Part shown: piece by piece, positions 28,139 to 37,283 of the stretch
Layout: each line of letters starts with the position of its first letter
How positions within the stretch are numbered: the stretch's first letter is position 1
Virus record (IMG/VR): IMGVR_UViG_3300030618_000005
Reading direction: 5' to 3' (one strand)
Source of the DNA: a virus
Taxonomy: Duplodnaviria; Heunggongvirae; Uroviricota; Caudoviricetes
Length of the DNA stretch: 64,000 bases
Notes under the pieces: model-generated
Databases searched by the model: none
Seen by the model: only the letters and a program-made list of their open reading frames with translations
What the model was told of the DNA's origin: nothing
Program-made: the position numbers and the translations under genes

Positions 28139-28420
28139 TTACTTGCCGACCTTTGTCGTGGCCAACAGGCCCAGTGCGCCGGTCAGGGCGATCTTCCCCA
28201 GCGCCTCGCGGATGCCCGCAAGCTGCTCGGCTACGACGAGGGTGGCGAGAATCTGCCGACCAACACGCCCTTCGAGGGTTTCGTCCTCGTCTGCAATGAA
28301 GCCTTTGGACTCTGCCGTCGCGTGCTGCAACGTCACTTCATGGCGGCCCAGTGCGCGTACATCTTCCACGCTACGTGCCTTCGGTCCTACTGCTCCTGTT
28401 GCGCTCTGCTCGTTCATCAT
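28139..28420 (-). CDS. hypothetical protein
   Basis: Internal start MMNEQSATG. Confidence 0.35.
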   Translation of the reverse strand: MMNEQSATGAVGPKARSVEDVRALGRHEVTLQHATAESKGFIADEDETLEGRVGRQILATLVVAEQLAGIREALGKIALTGALGLLATTKVGK

Positions 28421-28446
28421 AGCTCCTTGTTCACGTTCGTGAATGG

Positions 28447-28680
28447 TTAGATTTCGTGGTAGGCGAAAACTTCGTCTCTCTTCGCCGCGTCGTAGCCCCT
28501 GATCCATACAGAGGCCATTCCTTCGCGTTCCTTGGTACCTAGGCGCTGCCGGACGACCGTTGCCGGGGGAATCTTAGTCCAGCCACGTTGGAACGCCGCA
28601 TAGCCCAATTCCCAGACTTCGTTGTCCGAAGGCTCAGACAGGTTAGTACTCGTCGTCGATGTCGGAGTCGTCAAGATCAT
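28447..28680 (-). CDS. hypothetical protein
   Basis: C-terminal 65 aa look coding; start uncertain; N-terminal T-rich part is the alternate frame of the acidic gene. Confidence 0.3.
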   Translation of the reverse strand: MILTTPTSTTSTNLSEPSDNEVWELGYAAFQRGWTKIPPATVVRQRLGTKEREGMASVWIRGYDAAKRDEVFAYHEI

Positions 28681-28948
28681 CCTCGTCTTCATCGTCCCAG
28701 AAGTCATCGTCGTCGTCGTCGTAGAAGTCGTCATCCTCGTCTTCGTCGTCCTCATCGCAATCGTGGATGTAGTCGTCGTCGAGACTGTCATCGTCTTCGA
28801 CAATGATGTCGTTCTTCTCGTCGAAGTCATCATCGGGTAAGGGTGTCACACCGGCCAGCATCGCCGGGGTAGGGGTGCGATCAATCGACTCTTCGAACAT
28901 CAAACCTGCCATAAGACTCCTAGGTGAAAATTTTGGGTTGTGCTGCAT
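28643..28948 (-). CDS. extremely acidic protein (D/E tract)
   Basis: C-terminal ~65 aa almost entirely Asp/Glu. Confidence 0.45.
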   Translation of the reverse strand: MQHNPKFSPRSLMAGLMFEESIDRTPTPAMLAGVTPLPDDDFDEKNDIIVEDDDSLDDDYIHDCDEDDEDEDDDFYDDDDDDFWDDEDEDDLDDSDIDDEY

Positions 28949-28992
28949 GGACGCTTAGTACACAGTACACGGTCGTGCGGTGAATGTCAAGC

Positions 28993-29247
28993 CTATTCGT
29001 CGCGGAATCTGCGGTGATTAGAACTGACGCGGGCCTCGACTACGGGTATGGCCTTGGTCCTCTCCAACCCCGGTATGGGTAGATCGTAGATCGACTGCAT
29101 CTTGGACGTGTACTCCTTCACGCCCGCCATCGGGTCGTATGCGAGGAAGAAGTCGCTTGCATCTCCCCAATGTCCGTAGCTCTTCGGTGGCATCTGCTTC
29201 TCCTTGATTCTCTTCTCGCGTGCTAGACTAAGCTCAGTCGGCCTCAC
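28993..29247 (-). CDS. hypothetical protein ending in HRRFRDE
   Basis: Shared C-terminal motif. Confidence 0.45.
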   Translation of the reverse strand: MRPTELSLAREKRIKEKQMPPKSYGHWGDASDFFLAYDPMAGVKEYTSKMQSIYDLPIPGLERTKAIPVVEARVSSNHRRFRDE

Positions 29248-30496
29248 GGAACTTCCTACCTTCCCCGCTCGGCGCGGCGGCTACGAGGTGCTGGTGATAT
29301 GTACAGAAGCGTACCACATCCTCCCCGGTCGCGTCAAACTCTTCGAGCTGGGCGACGGCTATAGGAGTAGTGACATCGAGCTTTGTGTCAGGACACTGGT
29401 CGCAGAAGAAGGTGTACGTGGTACGCTTCGACGGAGAGTACGCGATCTTGCCCCTGAATGTCACATGCATGTTACCCATCGCGCCTAGCTTCATGATGAA
29501 CCGTTGACCGGCCTGCGATCCAAAATCCCCGCGATCCTTGACGTACTTGGCTGCCTCAGGCTTTAGAGCTTTGAGCTGCGCAGCAGAGGGGCCATCTCCC
29601 CAATCAGCGTCCTCTATACCCTCAAAGTTAGGTGGCACGAGTATATACTTAGGTTCCAAGGGCATGACCGACTTGCCCTGTAACGACTGGACAGCCTGCT
29701 TGATGCCCGCGACCGTCAGCACAGTACCGTCGTTCTTAGTGATCGTTCCGGTGTTCTGGATGACGCCACCATACTTCTTTATGTACTCCAGCTTTTGTTT
29801 CTCTTCGCTGGCCAGCTTCTCCTTCTCCTGCGTAGCCTGAAAGGACTTGAGCTTCATCCAGTACTGCTCGACTAGGTACTTGGCGTTGGGAGCGTTCTCT
29901 GCTATCGCCTTGTCCATCTCCTTCTTGTCTTTGTCGAGTTGGTCCGCGAGGAGTTTGCTGGTATTGACGTTGAGAGGGGAGCTGTACTTGCTCTGAATGC
30001 CGTTGTCGAACCCGGCTATGCTACTTGTGTCCACCAGTGTAGACAAACTGTTGTCAACGATGCCCGCGCCTATCGCAGACAGTGCTGCACTGCCACCTAG
30101 CAGACCACTGTAGGCACCACTGAGCTGTTGGGCCAAGCTCGTCTGCTGCTGAAGTACTTGAAACGCGCTGTCGGGTAATTTGGGCGCATTCATTATCGCT
30201 AGATGCTTCTCCCAGTTGTTCACGATCTGCATGACGATCTCAGCAATGGTATTCACAACCTGTTCGGGATGGCTAAGTGCGAGGTCGTAATTGTTGATCG
30301 TCGCGTGACCGATAACCAACGGATTGGTTGGGTCAGAGATATTGGCCTTCGTTACACGGATCGTTGTCGTCGGCTCTGCGACGTTGGGCGTGATCGTGTA
30401 TTCGTATCCGTTCTTCGGCAATAAAAGACCGGCCAGTTTATCAGACTGGTCGGCCCATTTTTTCACGAAGGTGTAGTCAGCAAGAGCCTGTGCCAC
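29234..30496 (-). CDS. hypothetical protein ending in GRKFREAD
   Basis: 420 aa; shared C-terminal motif. Confidence 0.5.
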   Translation of the reverse strand: MAQALADYTFVKKWADQSDKLAGLLLPKNGYEYTITPNVAEPTTTIRVTKANISDPTNPLVIGHATINNYDLALSHPEQVVNTIAEIVMQIVNNWEKHLAIMNAPKLPDSAFQVLQQQTSLAQQLSGAYSGLLGGSAALSAIGAGIVDNSLSTLVDTSSIAGFDNGIQSKYSSPLNVNTSKLLADQLDKDKKEMDKAIAENAPNAKYLVEQYWMKLKSFQATQEKEKLASEEKQKLEYIKKYGGVIQNTGTITKNDGTVLTVAGIKQAVQSLQGKSVMPLEPKYILVPPNFEGIEDADWGDGPSAAQLKALKPEAAKYVKDRGDFGSQAGQRFIMKLGAMGNMHVTFRGKIAYSPSKRTTYTFFCDQCPDTKLDVTTPIAVAQLEEFDATGEDVVRFCTYHQHLVAAAPSGEGRKFREAD

Positions 30497-30497
30497 G

Positions 30498-31091
30498 TTA
30501 CCTCTTTAGGTTGTACTCGGCTAGACGAAGGCGTTCCCGCTCAATTCGTGCGTTGTTCTTGCGCTCCATGAGAGCGTACACAGTGTCCAGTGATACCGGG
30601 GTGAAGTTGTTGGCATCGACGCCTACATCCATCGACAGAAGGTCCGGCGCGTATGCAAGCTCACCGTGCGAATGTCCGTAGAGCTGGATCGATCCCTTAT
30701 GAGAATCCCTCCAGACGCGGCCCGCGTAGTGATCGAGCACGATGCGCTTCTGACTGATGGGCCTCAGGAACACGCGCTCTTCTACTGACTCGAACAACCG
30801 TGCGATGAAGGCGTTAGATTCCAACAGCTCTTCGTGGTTGCCCTTGACGTATCGATGCGCCCCATTCAACCGGCTCATGATGTACTCTGCCTTATCGTAG
30901 CCCAGAGTTCTCCAGAACATATCGCCAAGGTGCCAAACGGTGTCGCCATCTTTCACGACATCGTTGTGGCGCTCGATCAATCCCTCGGTCATACCGTCGA
31001 GAGAAGTCCAAGGGCGTGCCTTCTCCACACGCCCCCAGCCTAGCATCGCATTCTCGTGCCCGTGGTGCTCGTCTGCGGTAAAGAAGTCCAT
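30498..31091 (-). CDS. calcineurin-like metallophosphoesterase
   Basis: TADEHHGH, HLGDMFWR, GNHEE, GHSH motifs. Confidence 0.7.
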   Translation of the reverse strand: MDFFTADEHHGHENAMLGWGRVEKARPWTSLDGMTEGLIERHNDVVKDGDTVWHLGDMFWRTLGYDKAEYIMSRLNGAHRYVKGNHEELLESNAFIARLFESVEERVFLRPISQKRIVLDHYAGRVWRDSHKGSIQLYGHSHGELAYAPDLLSMDVGVDANNFTPVSLDTVYALMERKNNARIERERLRLAEYNLKR

Positions 31092-31450
31092 TACGCTGCC
31101 GCCGAGTTCTCAGCTACGATCTCGTGCAGCCGTGTGGTTGCCGCTTCACCTTCGTACGAGTAGCCTCCGAAGTTCTTCATCGCCAGTGCGGTGATGCTGG
31201 TCTCTTCGAGTTCCCACTGATCCTCAAGGCCGTAACAAGAGCAGTGGCCGCCGTTGACTTCGAAGAACTTGCCGTCCTTGCGAACAAGGACGAAAGCCTC
31301 TCCGTCGTAGCTGCCGTAGCCGTACCACGCCATCAGAATCTCGCCACCTTCAAGGGCTGACGCATCCACGTTGAAGTTGCTCAGTACGTCTTCCTTGCTG
31401 GAAAAATCACCGATGTAGTTCTTGTCCTGTACTGCGGTCTCTTCAGACAT
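31091..31450 (-). CDS. hypothetical protein
   Basis: ORF in array. Confidence 0.4.
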   Translation of the reverse strand: MSEETAVQDKNYIGDFSSKEDVLSNFNVDASALEGGEILMAWYGYGSYDGEAFVLVRKDGKFFEVNGGHCSCYGLEDQWELEETSITALAMKNFGGYSYEGEAATTRLHEIVAENSAAA

Positions 31451-31579
31451 TTGTAGCTCCTTGTGTTACTAAATTTGACTCATGCTCACGTGTGAAATGG
31501 ACGGGTGGCATTGCGACCCTGCTAGGGTATCCACCTATGTGACGGCTGTGTCCACCTTTAGGGTGGCCGCCCATCTCGA

Positions 31580-32398
31580 TTACTTGCCTTCTAGGATCAA
31601 CGGCACCTTAGCGTCGTTGAAGATACAGCGGGAGTTAGGGTTGGCGCAAGCATTAGCCTGCATCTTGACGCGCTCCAGTTGGATGAACTGATCGGGCGAG
31701 AGGCCCATCTGGTTTCGGTAAGCGTTGTCAGCTTCAGCGCGGGAAAGCTCGGCGGCTTTACGTGAGTCCTCAGCCAGTTTGCGCTGCGCCTCGGTGTTGA
31801 CGCGCTGCTCTTGCGCAGCAGTCTCTACACGCTGGTGCTTGATGAGGTCAGGTGGGTTGGCCTTGCCGATGGTCACGCGGACCACATGCACGGGAATCTT
31901 GGTGGCCACAATGTAGTCACTCAGGTTCTTCGTGACCTCCTGCTCGATCACCTCGATGGCTGACGACTTGATGGCAGTCTCGTTAGAGTCGTACTTCTTG
32001 GCCGACTGGCGCACGTAGTTCTGGAACTGGCGCTGGATGTTGTTGGGGTACCACGCCTCACCAAAGTTCTTGATGAGCTTCACAGAGTCATCAACTTGGA
32101 CGATGAGCTGTGGATCGAACTCCAAAGGCACGCCGTCGCTGGACATCAAGTCCTTCAGGTCTTCCGTGACTGCGATGGGCTGCATGTTGACAAAGATGGC
32201 TGAGGTGGTGGGCGCTGTGAACGTCAGGCCGGTCTTCACAGGCGTATCATCTACACCGCCGTGTCCGAAGATCAGTGGCTTCTCGACGAGTACGGCTTCA
32301 AAGCCGTTGTTTGGGGACACAGTATTACATCCCAGAGTCGCCAGAGTTACCAACGAGGCCAGTACCAGAATTGCTAACAGAATATATCCGCGCTTCAT
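31580..32398 (-). CDS. lipoprotein with coiled-coil (SPFH/band-7-like?)
   Basis: Lipobox LATLGC; C-terminal AAQEQR..AEL coiled coil. Confidence 0.4.
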   Translation of the reverse strand: MKRGYILLAILVLASLVTLATLGCNTVSPNNGFEAVLVEKPLIFGHGGVDDTPVKTGLTFTAPTTSAIFVNMQPIAVTEDLKDLMSSDGVPLEFDPQLIVQVDDSVKLIKNFGEAWYPNNIQRQFQNYVRQSAKKYDSNETAIKSSAIEVIEQEVTKNLSDYIVATKIPVHVVRVTIGKANPPDLIKHQRVETAAQEQRVNTEAQRKLAEDSRKAAELSRAEADNAYRNQMGLSPDQFIQLERVKMQANACANPNSRCIFNDAKVPLILEGK

Positions 32399-32433
32399 AA
32401 ATCTCCCTGTGTTACCGGTTTAGTTACAGAACT

Positions 32434-32509
32434 TGGTTGCGGGAGATGGATTTGAACCACCGACCTTCGGATTATGAGTCCGCTGCTCTACCAACTGAGC
32501 TATCCCGCC
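32434..32509 (-). tRNA. tRNA with anticodon CAU (Met or Ile2)
   Basis: Hand-folded cloverleaf: D-arm, T-loop GGTTCAAATCC, encoded CCA; G1:A72 and G27:A43 mismatches noted. Confidence 0.75.
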
Positions 32510-32715
32510 AAACGCATCTTGTTTTCGTATTGTAAACCTGATGCTTCAAAAAGTCAACAACTTCACGCAAGCTGTCAGCTCCCCATTCTGTCTTTTATTT
32601 GGATGGCTCATGAAGACGGGGATAAGAACGTTGAGCCAGCTTGAAATGGTCGGGGAGACAGGACTCGCTCTTACGAGGTATACCTGCACTATACCGGCCC
32701 CCATGGGCCGTGCGT

Positions 32716-33117
32716 CTATTTGCGCCACTCCCCGGCTTGTCGAGTAAGTAAGTCTTCCTCTTCCATGTGACAATTAGCACACAGTAGATCACACTTATCC
32801 AACTCTGTCTTGACGGTCTCCCAAGGCTTAGTGTATGCCCTGCAAAGATCAAAGTTTTTGCTGGCAGGACTAAGGTGATGAAATCCTAAAGCCCTGATGC
32901 ATCTATCGTAACCACAGGCGACACATTTGCCACCCTTATACTCAACCATACGCCGTTTGATCTCATTCCTACGTCTATTGGCATTGCAGGAATTGCAAAT
33001 ATGTCGTTTGTGCCCCTTAGCACGGTCGTACACATACTCTCGACCACAGTTGCATTTGGTTGTGAGAGAAGGAGTTGAACCTTCAACCTCTCGCTTATCG
33101 AGCGATTGCTCTGCCAT
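32716..33117 (-). CDS. HNH endonuclease
   Basis: GFHHL..N..CANCH plus CxxC pairs; N-terminal 20 codons overlap the tRNA-like gene, so true start uncertain. Confidence 0.55.
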   Translation of the reverse strand: MAEQSLDKREVEGSTPSLTTKCNCGREYVYDRAKGHKRHICNSCNANRRRNEIKRRMVEYKGGKCVACGYDRCIRALGFHHLSPASKNFDLCRAYTKPWETVKTELDKCDLLCANCHMEEEDLLTRQAGEWRK

Positions 33118-33131
33118 TGAGCTACCTCACA
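33057..33131 (-). tRNA. tRNA-like gene, anticodon GAU (Ile-like), atypical
   Basis: Acceptor, D and T arms fold and CCA is encoded; C33 and A27:G43 mismatch. Confidence 0.45.
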
Positions 33132-33264
33132 ACAATCTAAAAGCCGTACGCCTTGAGCGCTCGACGTTTGTAGAAGAACTGATACACTCGATACGCGAGG
33201 TATCCCAGCGCCAGCGCCGTAACAGATGCGCCAACCAGAAGGAAGAAGAATGCGAGTAACAGAA

Positions 33265-33543
33265 TCAGGAGAGCCATTTACCGTCGTCTTTCTTTTTCTT
33301 GCTGCGTACCTTATCGATCTCGTCGATAACGGAACCCACTATTGCGAAGATCAACGCTGCCAGAATAAACAGCAACGACAGTGCCACCAGTACCGATATC
33401 GGTCCCCACAGGGGTATGAACACAATCCACCATGAATGCGGGAAGAACCCAGCAAGTTTAGCGACGACAAAAATCAAGGTCAAAATAGAGAAGAACGGAA
33501 ACGAACTCTTGCCGCCTTTTACCAACTGCTCTTGTCCAGACAT
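33265..33543 (-). CDS. membrane protein (3 TM)
   Basis: hydrophobic helices; AAGGAG RBS. Confidence 0.45.
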   Translation of the reverse strand: MSGQEQLVKGGKSSFPFFSILTLIFVVAKLAGFFPHSWWIVFIPLWGPISVLVALSLLFILAALIFAIVGSVIDEIDKVRSKKKKDDGKWLS

Positions 33544-33564
33544 ACATCTCCTTTATAAACCCTC

Positions 33565-33965
33565 GCCAGTGACAACCCCAATCACCCGCCGACCGACCCC
33601 ATGAAAATCCATTCGTCAGCCTTCCCACGTAAATGTTTAGACTGGGGGATCGCTCCCCCTTCTGTTGCTAGGCCCGTCAAGAGGCCCCAGCGGTTATTAG
33701 GCCGCAAGTAGCTGTGCTGCAACAACGCTCTTGCGAACGCTGAAACGGACACGGCTGTGGCTGACACTTTCGGTGACAGTTCTTTTTTTCCAGCAGTCAA
33801 GGTCGCTAGGCACCTGCACAGTCCACTCTTCTATCTGTATCCGTCGAAGCCGTGACATCCCCGTATGCGGTACGCTTACGAGATTGTTTTGGTGGAGATG
33901 GCGAGAGTCGAACTCGCGTCCGTCTACCGACTTTGGAGCTTCATACCATGCGTAACTTTTTGAAT
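33565..33965 (-). ncRNA. ssrA: circularly permuted (two-piece) tmRNA-like gene
   Basis: See first finding: E. coli-like 3-prime T-arm/acceptor with encoded CCA, GGGGAUG 5-prime end with G3:U70, tag frame ..AAQLLAA-UAA-UAA. Confidence 0.6.
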
Positions 33966-33993
33966 TGTATCAAACTTGATCGGTCTTGTCAAC
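33964..33993 (-). promoter_or_regulatory. sigma70-like promoter TTGACA-17-TACAAT for the tmRNA acceptor piece
   Basis: Consensus hexamers with 17-bp spacer, read on minus strand. Confidence 0.5.
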
Positions 33994-34323
33994 CTTCGGT
34001 TTGCAGAAACCTCTATAGTCTCTGGGGTATCCCTTACCTGCGTTGTGTTCGACTGTTTTCAGTGTACAGTACTCGGATAGTTCTGTCAAGCACTTTGGAT
34101 CGAAAACTGTTTCGGGTCCGGGGTGGAACGTGTACTTCCGCCAGTGTGGGAACCACTTGATGATTCCCAGTGCAGCGCCGGTCTTAGACATCACGTCAAA
34201 GACGTGGGTAGTGCCGCCTTTACGGGCCTTCCCCACATCCTTGAACAGGAGATATTCGCCGCGCTCCCATAGACTGTCCATTCGCTCGATCAATATGTCA
34301 CCACGTAGACGATGGCTGCACAC
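33970..34323 (-). CDS. hypothetical protein
   Basis: ORF; start probably internal (MDSLWERG). Confidence 0.35.
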   Translation of the reverse strand: MCSHRLRGDILIERMDSLWERGEYLLFKDVGKARKGGTTHVFDVMSKTGAALGIIKWFPHWRKYTFHPGPETVFDPKCLTELSEYCTLKTVEHNAGKGYPRDYRGFCKPKVDKTDQV

Positions 34324-34438
34324 AGTAGCCAGTAGACCGTCTGCTTCCAGTTCTTATCTGAAGCGTACACTGCCGCTGCTGCGAAGTCAAGTGCGATCAT
34401 GACGTTCGGTATAAGGTGCGGATTGATATGAGGCATCT

Positions 34439-37135
34439 TCATTTTTTCCAACACTCCGCGATGTTCGAATCGAACTCCATGACCACTGCTGTCATCTTCA
34501 CCGCTGCGGCCCGCTTGAATGCGTCACCGATCAGCTTTGCTACCTCAGTGGCTTTGTGCTTAGGACATTGTACCACAAGCTCGTCATGCACCATCTTGAT
34601 GAGACGCGCACGGAAGGTGGGAAGAGTATGCCACAGGTACGGCACTCCGTCCTTGTCGAACCCACAACCGCCCGCCAGCTTGATGATCGTGGCGTTCGTA
34701 CCCTGAATGGCGTGGTTCTTTCCTTGGCGCTCGATAGAGCCTGACATCGCGCCCATTGCCTTACCGATCTCTTTCTGAGTCGGCTGGTTGTGCTCGATGA
34801 ACCACAGCTCTTCTTTGTCCGGCTTGCGGTTGTTGTTCTTGACGAAGAGGTCGTACTTCAATTGTGCCTCTTCAGGTGACAATCTCAGCTTCTCTTCGTT
34901 GTCAACCTTCGCCTTCTCCTTCGCACGATCCCACGTGGGGTCTGGGAAGAGACGACGCCGACCGTACATATCGAACGAGCGTTTCTTCATGTAGGCATTC
35001 TTGCCAGACTGCTCAAGGTATGCCCAGATGCGCGGGAACTTCTTGGAGTGCAGCTCCATCAGCTCAGCGGCCTTCTCGACCGTCTTGCCGATTGATTGCG
35101 CGAGTTTGCTTGGGCCGCCGCCGTACGCCAGCAGGAAGTTCGTGCTCTTGTTTTCGTTCCTCAGCTCAGCGTGTCCTTTGCATTTGCACTTCTGCCGCGC
35201 CGGTTCGCCGTTCTCTTTTTTCGCATAGTACTTGCAGCCGGGTTCAGTAAGGACTACCCAGCCCTGCTCGTGCAGAATCTCAGTGCCTACAGAGTGAACG
35301 TCCTCGCCGCGACCGAAAGCACCGATCCACACCGGGTCTTGTGCCAGCTCCGCGATGATACGAAGCTCCGCGCCGGACATATCGGCGGTGATGATTACAT
35401 ACTCTTCTGCGTGGGTGTTACAAAGCTCTCCGCAGGCGGAGCACCTAAATCCGGGCACAGAGAAGTCCGCAACATAGATGCCCTCACGAGGAGGCGCGTC
35501 AGCATTGCAGCAATCAGAAACACGTATGGACTCGTTAGGAGGATCAGCAATAAAACAGGAGCGAACTGCTTCGTCCTGCGGTAGGTTCTGGCCATTAGGT
35601 TTCTCCGATGAGGAACGCCCAGTCTCAGCATCGTACTGGTTGTAGACGCAATGCAGACGCCCGTCGCCGGGGTGCAACCACCCTTCCTCTTTGCATGGCT
35701 TGCCCGTCCACTCTGTAGCCCACTGGTATCCGTACGTCCCGATCTCCTTGGAAAGAGTGTGAAGCTTACGGATTGAACCGCAGATAGCGAAACCCTTGGC
35801 CTCATACTTCGCCAGTGTGTCATCGTCGCACTTCTTCATCGACTTGAGGCCCTTGATCTCTTGTAGGGCCGCTAATAGCTGGGAATCGCTACTGTAGTTG
35901 ATGAGTGCTGCGCCTTCGCACTTGGCGGCGAGGTTTTTGATCTTCGTCCGCTTCTTTTTCATGTCGCTGTGCTCGGTCTTCAGCGTCTCCTTCAAGTCCT
36001 TACGCTGTTGCTCAAGCAGAGCCTTTTGCATTTCGAGGTGCGCCATCGCCGCAGTGTCGCCCGCCTTCTTGTAGACCGCGATCTGTTTCTTCAGCTCCAG
36101 CTCAGCCGGGGAGACGACGTTGAACGCCTTCCACTGCGCTTCCTTCGCATCGATCTCAGCATCAGTATTTATGTCGTACTTGCTGCCGACGAGAGGGATG
36201 AAGTACGGGTCGAGCGAGTCGCTATAGAGCGCGGTCAGCTCGGCTATCTTGCCGTCGATACGCTTGCGCCACTTCTCCTTGTCCATGCGCTCACCGTGGA
36301 TGTGCATGTCCTCGAACATGCCGATGGCGTCATTCTCGATCTGGACAATCTCGTTGAGATTGTCGCCCATGACGATAGGCTCGTTGCTGGAGTTCTTAGG
36401 CTCAAGGTTCTCCATGAACTTGGCCATCGGGCTGCCCTTCTCTTTGAGAGTCTTCAGGCGAATGCCGGACGCGACGACCTTCTGGGCCATCATGATGTTC
36501 AGTGGGAACCGCGTATCGAGTGCGGCGTATTTGATCTGACCCGGCTCAAGCACTGCGTCGAGAGTGAACGATTCCTGATACTGTTTGTCCACAGTCTTTC
36601 GGAAGTAACGCTCCATCATCTCGTTCATGGAGTAGTAGCCGTAGTCCTTCATCGAGTGCGCCCCGGCCCAGATGCACTTCTCCGCCATCGAGCAATCGTA
36701 GTAGTTGTACGTGCGCAGGCCGAAGTTCCAGTAGAAGGTCATGTACTCGAAGCCGAGATTCACGCCGACCTTCAGGAAGTTTCGAGAGCACAACACAGGC
36801 TCCAATATGAGCATCAACTCTTTGAGCTTTGGAGGAAGGTTCGCGCCGTACTGACCTTGGCATGAGAAGAGTAGGTTCGGATCGTTGTCGCAGAAGGGCA
36901 AGAGGTCGATCACGTACTGCTCGACGTTGTTACCAAACTGGACAGTACGGCAGCGCCGGAAGAAGTAGTCCTTCAACGGGGTCGTTTCAACGTCCCATCC
37001 GAGTACACCTTTGTCGTTCGCTTGGACACGCGCAAAGAAATCCTGAAGAGAAGCAAGCTCTTCGAGGCTCTGGATGAAAGTAACTTTGAGTGGGGGCGTG
37101 AGTGTTTCTATGTCAATCGGGGTGATTGGCTGCAA
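34439..37135 (-). CDS. family A DNA polymerase with 3-5 exonuclease domain and Cys-rich insertion
   Basis: Exo VLGWDVETT; YNQ..TGRSSS..PNGQNLP; DMSGAELRIIA; NKSTNFLLAYGGG; HDELVVQ. Confidence 0.9.
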   Translation of the reverse strand: MQPITPIDIETLTPPLKVTFIQSLEELASLQDFFARVQANDKGVLGWDVETTPLKDYFFRRCRTVQFGNNVEQYVIDLLPFCDNDPNLLFSCQGQYGANLPPKLKELMLILEPVLCSRNFLKVGVNLGFEYMTFYWNFGLRTYNYYDCSMAEKCIWAGAHSMKDYGYYSMNEMMERYFRKTVDKQYQESFTLDAVLEPGQIKYAALDTRFPLNIMMAQKVVASGIRLKTLKEKGSPMAKFMENLEPKNSSNEPIVMGDNLNEIVQIENDAIGMFEDMHIHGERMDKEKWRKRIDGKIAELTALYSDSLDPYFIPLVGSKYDINTDAEIDAKEAQWKAFNVVSPAELELKKQIAVYKKAGDTAAMAHLEMQKALLEQQRKDLKETLKTEHSDMKKKRTKIKNLAAKCEGAALINYSSDSQLLAALQEIKGLKSMKKCDDDTLAKYEAKGFAICGSIRKLHTLSKEIGTYGYQWATEWTGKPCKEEGWLHPGDGRLHCVYNQYDAETGRSSSEKPNGQNLPQDEAVRSCFIADPPNESIRVSDCCNADAPPREGIYVADFSVPGFRCSACGELCNTHAEEYVIITADMSGAELRIIAELAQDPVWIGAFGRGEDVHSVGTEILHEQGWVVLTEPGCKYYAKKENGEPARQKCKCKGHAELRNENKSTNFLLAYGGGPSKLAQSIGKTVEKAAELMELHSKKFPRIWAYLEQSGKNAYMKKRSFDMYGRRRLFPDPTWDRAKEKAKVDNEEKLRLSPEEAQLKYDLFVKNNNRKPDKEELWFIEHNQPTQKEIGKAMGAMSGSIERQGKNHAIQGTNATIIKLAGGCGFDKDGVPYLWHTLPTFRARLIKMVHDELVVQCPKHKATEVAKLIGDAFKRAAAVKMTAVVMEFDSNIAECWKK

Positions 37136-37248
37136 TTCTTCAATTCAGTTCACATCGCTCCTACCGGTCCCGTTCAGAAAAAGTGGTATAGTTTTTCTAA
37201 ATCCCTGCCGGTGATCTTTGCGACTGTTCATAGTGTAGCAAACAACCA

Positions 37249-37277
37249 TTGACTTGTCAAGCGGTCTGTGATACATT
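37249..37277 (+). promoter_or_regulatory. sigma70-like promoter TTGACT-17-TACATT, predicted start at the rnh ATG
   Basis: Hexamers read directly; -10 ends 6 nt before ATG 37284. Confidence 0.45.
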
Positions 37278-37283
37278 AGACTC

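Noticed and set aside
28680-28833. Thr-rich N-terminus of ORF 28447..28833
   Set aside because: Frame artifact of the GAC/GAT-rich acidic gene 28643..28948.
33868-33965. tmRNA-like 3-prime fragment as a phage attP core (integration into host ssrA)
   Set aside because: Not fully excluded, but the matching 5-prime coding piece, tag frame with double stop and dedicated consensus promoter are present, and no integrase is adjacent.
35969-36865. 298-aa plus-strand ORF
   Set aside because: Antisense to the DNA polymerase gene, whose motifs validate the minus frame.
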